Source: a phage
Direction: 5' to 3' (one strand)
DNA length: 64,000 bases
Sequence record: PZ445447.1
Of the stretch, positions 56,834-63,087 are shown piece after piece. Below the pieces are notes generated by a model. It saw only the letters and a list, made by a program, of their open reading frames with translations, was not told the origin of the DNA and ran no database searches. The stretch's first letter is position 1. The number at the start of each line of letters is the position of its first letter. A program made the translations under genes and the position numbers.

Positions 56834-57244
56834 ATGTCTAAAATGCTATATATCGTGCGTGGTCTACCAGGGTCTGGCAAATCAACACTGGCAAATGCGC
56901 TATCTTTAGAAGGTCTGTATCCACATTTTGAGAACGACATGTTCTGGTACGACGATGATGGAAATTACAACTGGGATGCAAGTAAAGTAACACTTGCAGC
57001 AAAATGGTGCAAAGATAACGTAGAAGATATGATGCGTATGGGATACGACCGTATCGTGGTAAGTAATACATTTACAAAAGAAAAATATGTGCAAGAATAT
57101 ATTGACATGGCGATCAGTCATGGGTATAGTTATACCGTAATCGTGGTTGAAAACCGCCATGGTAGTAAAAGCATTCATGATGTTCCAGACAGGGTTGTGG
57201 ATCGTATGGAACGCCAGCTTAAAAACTGCATTAAACTTAAATGA
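56834..57244 (+). CDS. P-loop kinase (polynucleotide kinase-like)
   Basis: ATG 56834 after acggagggtt RBS; Walker A VRGLPGSGKSTLA; 136 aa. Confidence 0.6.
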   Translation: MSKMLYIVRGLPGSGKSTLANALSLEGLYPHFENDMFWYDDDGNYNWDASKVTLAAKWCKDNVEDMMRMGYDRIVVSNTFTKEKYVQEYIDMAISHGYSYTVIVVENRHGSKSIHDVPDRVVDRMERQLKNCIKLK

Positions 57245-57251
57245 GGAATGT

Positions 57252-57806
57252 ATGAAATACTTTGTAACAAGCGACACACACTTTCTCCACCAGCGGGTCA
57301 TGGAGTTTGACTCATGTCAAAAACACAGATCTCAGTATGATCACAATCTTGACAGTATGAATGCGGGGATCATCACCAAGTGGAACTCTGTTGTGTCACC
57401 TGCAGACACTGTGTTTCACTTAGGAGATATTGCGTGCACTAATGATAAGAATATTAACAAATTGCTCCCAGATGTTCTAAATATGTTGAACGGACATATT
57501 ATTCTTGTTCGTGGTAACCATGACACAAGGACGACTGTCAGAATTATGAAAGAGTTCGGTCATGAGGTTGTAGATTATTACGAGCTTCGCCACAACAAGA
57601 ATTTGATCTGTATGAGCCATTACCAGTTTGCAAAGTGGAACAGAAAGCCTCACGGATCAGTCCAACTGTTCGGTCATGCTCACGGAACCACACAACAGTT
57701 GTTTGGCAGACAGTTTGATGTCGGTTGGGATGTGTGGGGGAGACTCTTACCATTAGAAGAGGCATACCGTATTGCAATGAGTTTTGCTATTGACAGCGGG
57801 GAGTAA
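57252..57806 (+). CDS. calcineurin-like metallophosphoesterase
   Basis: metallophosphatase motifs SDTHF, GDIA, GNHD, GHAH; 8 nt after the kinase gene. Confidence 0.7.
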   Translation: MKYFVTSDTHFLHQRVMEFDSCQKHRSQYDHNLDSMNAGIITKWNSVVSPADTVFHLGDIACTNDKNINKLLPDVLNMLNGHIILVRGNHDTRTTVRIMKEFGHEVVDYYELRHNKNLICMSHYQFAKWNRKPHGSVQLFGHAHGTTQQLFGRQFDVGWDVWGRLLPLEEAYRIAMSFAIDSGE

Positions 57807-57853
57807 TCCCTGCTATTTTAAAGAAAATTGCCACACAAGGAGAATCAGGAGAT

Positions 57854-58204
57854 ATGAAAGATGGGGATAAGCTGCTATATCTTAAAGTCCCCCTTGAAAT
57901 ACTATCTATGTCAAAAGTTTTGAATGACACAACTGGGGAGGTTGTTGTTCTTGACTTGTATGACAAGATCGTATACTGCTACCTGCACAACTGGTATAAG
58001 CTTGGAGGAAGTTCACGCTTCACACCCAGCACAAGGAAAATTGCAGCAGATGTTGGAATAAAGAAAACAAAAGCAGCAGCGTGCGTTAAAACTTTAGAAT
58101 GTGCGGGAGTGGTTGAAATATCCACACAAGGGAGAGGTAAAAGATGCACATTTTCCAAAGTTTTGCCACCAGAAGAAGTTATTCGAATGTCAACAACTGG
58201 TTAG
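57854..58204 (+). CDS. putative helix-turn-helix DNA-binding protein
   Basis: HTH-like RKIAADVGIKKTKAAACVKTLECAGVVEI; followed by the palindromic repeat array. Confidence 0.5.
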   Translation: MKDGDKLLYLKVPLEILSMSKVLNDTTGEVVVLDLYDKIVYCYLHNWYKLGGSSRFTPSTRKIAADVGIKKTKAAACVKTLECAGVVEISTQGRGKRCTFSKVLPPEEVIRMSTTG

Positions 58205-58276
58205 ACCAGTAAAAACTTAAATATCTGTACTATAAGGATTCGTATGTTTTATGTTCGCTCTGGAACAGAGGTTAGT

Positions 58277-58361
58277 AACTGTCCGTGATACGGACACTAC
58301 TGTCCGTCACGCGGACACATCTGCCCGTAATACGGACACTAACTGTCCGTGATACGGACAC
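58277..58361. repeat. four tandem 21-bp palindromic repeats
   Basis: units taactgtccgtgatacggacac / tactgtccgtcacgcggacac / atctgcccgtaatacggacac / taactgtccgtgatacggacac, each with inverted half-sites gtccg...cggac. Confidence 0.65.
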
Positions 58362-58489
58362 ATAAAGAATATAACTAAAATAACTAAATAATAAAAAATA
58401 AAAGATCTAGTACTTATGGTACTAAGTACATATACTTAACTTATGTAGAATATACTAGATCCTAAGTACCATGTTTTAAATTTATTACT

Positions 58490-58760
58490 TACTATGGGCA
58501 GTGTCGGCCCTTCATTGGCACTCGCCTACGAGGGGCGAGATGCCGGGCCTCCTTGGTGTACACAATAACAGAAGTGCATACATGCAGGTCTGTTAACATG
58601 TGTGGGAGCGAAGCGATAGCGCAGGCCAAAGGCCGAGCACTGATGTGGACCACCGACGAAAGCTTGCCAGCGCCGTAAGGAGTCGGTTGAGAGTCTCCCG
58701 CGCGAGCTTGGATGAAGTTTATGTGTGGAAACTGACAAGAAGGTCCCTAAATCGCTCCAC
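58490..58760. other. GC-rich structured non-coding island (candidate ncRNA)
   Basis: GC content well above flanks, several local inverted repeats, no credible ORF. Confidence 0.3.
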
Positions 58761-58864
58761 AGCCATATAAACTATACCAAGTAAGGCAATCGCACCAGTT
58801 TGATAGAAAAGCTCGTTACAAAGCGATACAGTGAGTTTTTCTATAACTTGAAGAGGAGGCAGCT

Positions 58865-59443
58865 ATGAGTCCACGCAAAGATGACCGTGAAAAGATTGCA
58901 AAACGTTATCAGAATGAAGAACAGATGGAGAAAACTTTCAAGTGGAAGCCAGGTTTCCAGCGTAATCATTCTAACGCTCGTGATCGTAAGCATCCGGATA
59001 AGTGGTTAACACCGCCAAATGATGGCATGCAGGTTGGGGATGAGAAGGAGCTGTCACCTGGAAAAGATGGCAACTACATTCGCACTAAGGAAGCAGGTCC
59101 AAAGGATGACAGCTATCTTGTAGATAAGGTTCTTGATGGTATTGATGTAGATGTTGACACTGCACGAAACCTTTTTCTTGGTTGGTATCGTACAGGGTTT
59201 TTCGACATCAAGGCTATTCGTCGTGTTTGTGATATTAAAAAGTCTGCATATGATGATGACTCTCTACATCGCACTCTGAGACAATACTCAGAGAGATACG
59301 GTCATCCAGTTATCACTCTTGACGATATTAACGAAGTGATGTATCATGCAGAGGTTGTTGCAGGTAGATTCGGTGATGCATATCTCGGTATTCTTTCTGC
59401 AAAAGATGAGGTAATGTTAAATAAAATTTACTATGAACGCTGA
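58865..59443 (+). CDS. hypothetical protein
   Basis: 192 aa; gaagaggaggcagct RBS. Confidence 0.55.
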   Translation: MSPRKDDREKIAKRYQNEEQMEKTFKWKPGFQRNHSNARDRKHPDKWLTPPNDGMQVGDEKELSPGKDGNYIRTKEAGPKDDSYLVDKVLDGIDVDVDTARNLFLGWYRTGFFDIKAIRRVCDIKKSAYDDDSLHRTLRQYSERYGHPVITLDDINEVMYHAEVVAGRFGDAYLGILSAKDEVMLNKIYYER

Positions 59444-59453
59444 GGAGCGCTTA

Positions 59454-59642
59454 ATGAACAACCCGGTAGCAAAGAACTGTAATAAGTTCAACAAGTCTGC
59501 AATTCACACTGACAGGAAAAAGAGCTGGTCTCCTGACATTGACGAGGAGCTTGAGAGTTACTTTGAAGACCTGGTCACTAATGCAGATGAGGTTGCGATT
59601 AAAGAATACGCAGACAGGAAGGATAAGGCCGGAATCTGTTGA
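59454..59642 (+). CDS. hypothetical protein
   Basis: ATG 59454 after GAGGAG RBS. Confidence 0.4.
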   Translation: MNNPVAKNCNKFNKSAIHTDRKKSWSPDIDEELESYFEDLVTNADEVAIKEYADRKDKAGIC

Positions 59643-59718
59643 CAAAAATAGTGTTACCTGATAAGATCTGCAATATGATGTGATGCAATTTTAACTTACG
59701 AGGTCTACAGGTAATGCT

Positions 59719-59961
59719 ATGTTTAAGGTTAAGCTCGTTTTTCGTTCCATGAATGAGGATTATTTAGAAGATGAAGGTGAATTTCGTGCACTGGATGATG
59801 CAATAGATTTTGCCAACGACTTAGCTTGTATGAATACAGGTTATGGGCTATGTTGTTGGGATGGTGGTGTTCAGATCGGTGATAGCAAGATCTTCTACTT
59901 CTACCCTGAGCCTGATAACAAACAAATTAAGTATGTTTTATTTATTTGTGCTTTACAATGA
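59719..59961 (+). CDS. hypothetical protein
   Basis: 80 aa; cgaggtctacaggtaatgct upstream; promoter-like TTGACA at 59640. Confidence 0.5.
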   Translation: MFKVKLVFRSMNEDYLEDEGEFRALDDAIDFANDLACMNTGYGLCCWDGGVQIGDSKIFYFYPEPDNKQIKYVLFICALQ

Positions 59962-60039
59962 GGTTGTTTTCGTGTATCATGATGAATATCCAATTTAAAG
60001 ATGAATTTGATGGCTTTATCTCTGGATGCTTTGAAACAG

Positions 60040-60250
60040 GGTTCGGAGAAGACTGAGTTCCCCTTAGAGGGCTTGATAGTGCACCACACTTAAAATGGTA
60101 GGGGCAGCCAGCACATGACGATGTGACCCCAGCCAACCTGTAACAAGGTCGAGCCGAAGCGCGGGTAATAGGCCTCTGGTAACCCACTTGTTGGGTCTTG
60201 CTGGCCCAGGACGCTGGACAAGTCGCAGGGAATACCACCCTGCGGCGAAC
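60040..60250. other. GC-rich structured non-coding island (candidate ncRNA)
   Basis: GC-rich with multiple inverted repeats between two plus-strand genes; the only ORF here is a low-complexity antisense one. Confidence 0.3.
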
Positions 60251-60279
60251 TTGACAATCAGTATTTGCTATGATAAAAT
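60251..60279 (+). promoter_or_regulatory. sigma70-type promoter
   Basis: TTGACA (60251) - 17 nt - TAAAAT. Confidence 0.5.
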
Positions 60280-60307
60280 CCACCTATCACGTGATAATGG
60301 AGGAAAC

Positions 60308-60646
60308 ATGGCGGATACAACTAAAAAGCGTCGCCGTAGAGGCAGACCTCTGAAAGAGGAGTCCAACGCCATTCAGCTAGAGAAGAACATCCTTGATATG
60401 AAGGAATCTTTTATAGCGATGGTTCCAGAAGCTCACAAAGTTTTAAGAGAGCTGATGTTGGACCCGAAAACCAAACAAAATATTCGTCAAAGCATTGCAG
60501 AGTATGTTCTTGATAAGGCAGACCGAATGCAGGAAGAATATGATGAGATGTTTGGTGAAGAGGAAGAGGTGGTAGTGGAAGAGGCTGAAAAACCAGCACC
60601 TTTTATGCCATTTACTACAGAAATACAGCCTGTTAGCAATAGCTAA
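60308..60646 (+). CDS. hypothetical protein with basic AT-hook-like N-terminus
   Basis: ATG 60308 after ggaggaaac RBS; KKRRRRGRPLKE then acidic C-terminus. Confidence 0.5.
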   Translation: MADTTKKRRRRGRPLKEESNAIQLEKNILDMKESFIAMVPEAHKVLRELMLDPKTKQNIRQSIAEYVLDKADRMQEEYDEMFGEEEEVVVEEAEKPAPFMPFTTEIQPVSNS

Positions 60647-60655
60647 AATATTTTC

Positions 60656-60684
60656 TTGACAAACTTTGCTTAACAGTGTAATAT
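60656..60684 (+). promoter_or_regulatory. sigma70-type promoter upstream of tRNA cluster
   Basis: TTGACA (60656) - 17 nt - TAATAT (60679). Confidence 0.55.
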
Positions 60685-60742
60685 TGTAAACATGGTCTCC
60701 CACCTTTTCTGGCGGCTAAGGTGTAAAAGAAAGCCACCCAGT

Positions 60743-60817
60743 GCCCTGTTAGCTTAGTGGATAAAGCAGCGGCCTTCTAAGCCGTTGACACTGGTTCGAG
60801 TCCAGTACGGGGTGCCA
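60743..60817 (+). tRNA. tRNA-Arg (anticodon TCT)
   Basis: manual cloverleaf: acceptor gccctgt/acggggt, D-stem gctt/aagc, anticodon loop cttctaa, T-arm actgg-ttcgagt-ccagt, encoded CCA. Confidence 0.8.
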
Positions 60818-60821
60818 AATT

Positions 60822-60908
60822 GGGGAGTTATCCCGTAGAGGTAGCGGTGTAGACTGTAAATCTATTGTCATTGCGACTCGGGTGGTTCGACTCCACCACT
60901 CCCCACCA
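60822..60908 (+). tRNA. tRNA-Tyr (anticodon GTA), type II
   Basis: acceptor ggggagt/actcccc, anticodon loop ctgtaaa, long variable arm, T-arm ggtgg-ttcgact-ccacc, encoded CCA. Confidence 0.75.
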
Positions 60909-61022
60909 AATTTATATTTTTAGATGCATAAATAATACAGATAATGGCATTGATATTTATCGTCGTTTATACTAGTCACTAACTGCTCGAAAATCAGTGT
61001 CATTATCAGTATAATTTATAAA

Positions 61023-61113
61023 GGAGGGTAGGGAGCAATGGTGCTCAAGCGGTCTTGAAAACCGTCCCGTTGAGGATGACTCGATGATGGTTCGATTCCA
61101 TTACTCTCCGCCA
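61023..61113 (+). tRNA. tRNA-Ser (anticodon TGA), type II
   Basis: acceptor ggagggt/actctcc, anticodon arm gcggt-cttgaaa-accgt, long variable arm, T-loop ttcgatt, encoded CCA. Confidence 0.75.
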
Positions 61114-61211
61114 CATTGTTGACCTTGTAATTAAGCGAAAGCCGGAAGCAGAACCGGATTATCAAATGTTACAGTCGTCATCGCCGACTAGCAACATGGT
61201 CAACATACTGA

Positions 61212-61310
61212 GCTAGGTAAGCCCTTTGGCAAGGGCGAGGATTTTTAATCCTGAAAATAGACGAGGTAGTCGTTGAATACATAGGTGGTTCGATTCCATC
61301 ACCTAGCACC
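61212..61310 (+). tRNA. atypical tRNA-like gene (anticodon ambiguous, TTT if 7-nt loop)
   Basis: acceptor gctaggt/acctagc, D-arm gccc-tttggcaa-gggc and T-arm ggtgg-ttcgatt-ccatc are canonical, but anticodon stem is imperfect and 29 nt lie between anticodon arm and T-arm; 99 nt total. Confidence 0.4.
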
Positions 61311-61315
61311 TTTTT

Positions 61316-61391
61316 GCTGATGTAGCACAATCGGTAGTGCAATTGATTTGTAATCAATAGGTTGTAGGTTCAAGTCCTGCCATCAGCACCA
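61316..61391 (+). tRNA. tRNA-Thr (anticodon TGT)
   Basis: acceptor gctgatg/catcagc, D-stem gcac/gtgc, anticodon arm attga-tttgtaa-tcaat, T-loop ttcaagt, encoded CCA. Confidence 0.8.
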
Positions 61392-61392
61392 A

Positions 61393-61467
61393 GGCCCTGT
61401 AGCTGGAAGGTTCAAGCAAGCGACTCATAATCGCCAGACGGTGGTTCAATTCCACCCAGGGCCACCA
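61393..61467 (+). tRNA. tRNA with CAT anticodon (Met or lysidine-type Ile)
   Basis: acceptor ggccctg/cagggcc, anticodon loop ctcataa, T-arm ggtgg-ttcaatt-ccacc, encoded CCA; 3-bp D-stem and A.C at top of anticodon stem. Confidence 0.65.
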
Positions 61468-61478
61468 AATAGTAAATA

Positions 61479-61555
61479 CTCCGCGTAGCTCAGCTTGGTA
61501 GAGCGCCTGATTTGGGATCAGGAGGTCGAGTGTTCGAATCACTCCGTGGAGACCA
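61479..61555 (+). tRNA. tRNA-Pro (anticodon TGG)
   Basis: acceptor ctccgcg/cgtggag, D-arm gctc-agcttggta-gagc, anticodon arm cctga-tttggga-tcagg, T-loop ttcgaat, encoded CCA. Confidence 0.8.
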
Positions 61556-61601
61556 CTTTCAGTTATACTTTAAACATATATAAACAAAAGGAACCTTTAA
61601 A

Positions 61602-61871
61602 ATGTATACACTTAAAATTGTAGAGCGTGTAAATCCAACTCATACCGTAGATTTTCGTGACGATTTCAATCCTCTGGCTGTAAATCTTCGAGAGTCATAT
61701 CATGAACTCAGCTGCGATGCAGTGGTGGTCTTTTTTGAAGACAACTCTGAAGGGGCGGTAGCTTGTGTTGTTGATAGTGAGCAGAAGTTTTATATTTACA
61801 GAGATGTAGATGCATACTTGATGAATGAAAATGCAGTTACTGTTAGAATCATCCACCGAGTGCCTCGATAA
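61602..61871 (+). CDS. hypothetical protein
   Basis: 89 aa; caaaaggaacctttaaa upstream. Confidence 0.5.
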   Translation: MYTLKIVERVNPTHTVDFRDDFNPLAVNLRESYHELSCDAVVVFFEDNSEGAVACVVDSEQKFYIYRDVDAYLMNENAVTVRIIHRVPR

Positions 61872-61923
61872 GTATTAGTCTCCTTTTAGTTAGTTTCGAT
61901 CTATTTAGGTTACTCAATTTTAA

Positions 61924-61958
61924 CCCGCCCCGTTAGCTGTATAGCTGCGGGGTTTTTT
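61924..61958 (+). terminator. rho-independent terminator
   Basis: hairpin cccgccccg...cggggg followed by gttttttcg. Confidence 0.55.
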
Positions 61959-61976
61959 CGTTTCTGGAGCCTTAAA

Positions 61977-62375
61977 ATGATTTCAGTTTTAACATGGCTG
62001 AGCAGGTATAAAGGGATCATAAAAGGTTTAGTTTTTGCAGCTGCGATAGGTACAGCTTATCTTGGGGCCGTGTATTGGTTTAACTCTAAGCTTAATGATG
62101 CCTACCAAGAAGGTGTGTCAGCAACAGAGTTAAAGTGGGAACGGATCCTTGATCAGCAACAAAAGCAGGCCGACAAAATTAAAATGGGCCACGCAGAGGA
62201 GGTTAAAAACCTTGAAAAATCCCTTTCTGATCTGCAGGATAAATTAAATATAGCTGAGAAGGCAGGTAAAGAAAAGCAGATTATCTACCTCCAGTCACCT
62301 GAAGGCAAGAAGTCAACACTTCCTGATCAGCTTATAGATATTTATAATGAGAGTATCAATCAGGAGGATCAATGA
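61977..62375 (+). CDS. putative i-spanin (Rz-like)
   Basis: N-terminal TM helix GIIKGLVFAAAIGTAYLGAVYWF followed by charged coiled-coil periplasmic domain; overlaps next gene by ATGA. Confidence 0.55.
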   Translation: MISVLTWLSRYKGIIKGLVFAAAIGTAYLGAVYWFNSKLNDAYQEGVSATELKWERILDQQQKQADKIKMGHAEEVKNLEKSLSDLQDKLNIAEKAGKEKQIIYLQSPEGKKSTLPDQLIDIYNESINQEDQ

Positions 62376-62659
62376 GAGTTGCTACACTGTTTATTGTGTG
62401 CTTGTTATTATGTGGGTGTGCAACCAGCGTTGAGAGAGAATACAAGATTGACCCTCCTGATGTAGGAAGGTTGATTGTTAAACCCCCGGAAGGTGCCATG
62501 AAACCACCTGCTAAAGCTATGCCTTTGAAGAAAGGTGCGCCAGATGCAGTGAATTCTGGCATTATGAGGGATAATAATCTGTCTTGTAGCAATGATAGAG
62601 CTAAATTGATCATTTTGCAAGACTATATTAGAACACTTTTTCCAAAGGAGAGAGGTTAA
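62372..62659 (+). CDS. putative o-spanin (Rz1-like lipoprotein)
   Basis: signal peptide with Cys cluster (FIVCLLLCGCATS) and proline-rich mature region (DPPDVGRLIVKPPEGAMKPPAKAMP); lipobox non-canonical. Confidence 0.5.
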   Translation: MRVATLFIVCLLLCGCATSVEREYKIDPPDVGRLIVKPPEGAMKPPAKAMPLKKGAPDAVNSGIMRDNNLSCSNDRAKLIILQDYIRTLFPKERG

Positions 62660-63087
62660 TGTCTAAGATTTACGGACCGTGTTCTGAAAAGCAGAAGATG
62701 ATCCTAGAAAACGATGCAGATATTTTGGTAATCGGCGGTGCCGCAGGGTCTGGCAAGTCGTTCCTCTTGCAATTGATGCCACTTAAAATTATTGATGACC
62801 CCCACAGCTCTGTGGTTATGTTCCGAAGAACAACCCCACAGTTGGAAGGTGAGGGTGGATTATGGCCTAAAGCAGTAGCTATTTATAGTGATCTGCCTGA
62901 AAACATTAAGCCAAAGTTTAGAGAGAAGGATCATAAGTTCATTTTTCCACGGTTTGATCCGAACACTGGCAAGTGGGATAGAAGCAAAAAGGGAGCTGTT
63001 GTAAAATACTGCCACATGGAGTATGTACAAGATAAGCTTAACCATCAGGGGCTTGAGTACACCATGGTTTGCTTCGATGAGGGTTAA
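62659..63087 (+). CDS. terminase large subunit-like P-loop ATPase, N-terminal fragment (gene interrupted)
   Basis: Walker A ILVIGGAAGSGKSF and Walker B-like MVCFDEG; the frame stops immediately after the Walker B at 142 aa. Confidence 0.5.
   Translation: MSKIYGPCSEKQKMILENDADILVIGGAAGSGKSFLLQLMPLKIIDDPHSSVVMFRRTTPQLEGEGGLWPKAVAIYSDLPENIKPKFREKDHKFIFPRFDPNTGKWDRSKKGAVVKYCHMEYVQDKLNHQGLEYTMVCFDEG

Noticed and set aside
56777-57244. Calling the 56834 P-loop kinase the phage dNMP kinase
   Set aside because: A distinct kinase with a phage dNMP-kinase-like Walker A (NAPPSSGKD) sits in the nucleotide-metabolism cluster at 44132-44749; the 56834 gene is paired with a phosphoesterase and an RNA ligase instead.
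58277-58361. Possible CRISPR array (tandem repeats of about 21 bp)
   Set aside because: Repeat units abut directly with no spacers, each unit is itself a palindrome, and there are only four copies; consistent with protein-binding sites, not CRISPR.
59942-60283. Minus-strand ORF across the GC-rich island
   Set aside because: Opposite to the local transcription direction, Arg/Ser/Pro-rich composition typical of a GC-rich artefact, no RBS; sequence more likely a structured RNA or regulatory DNA.
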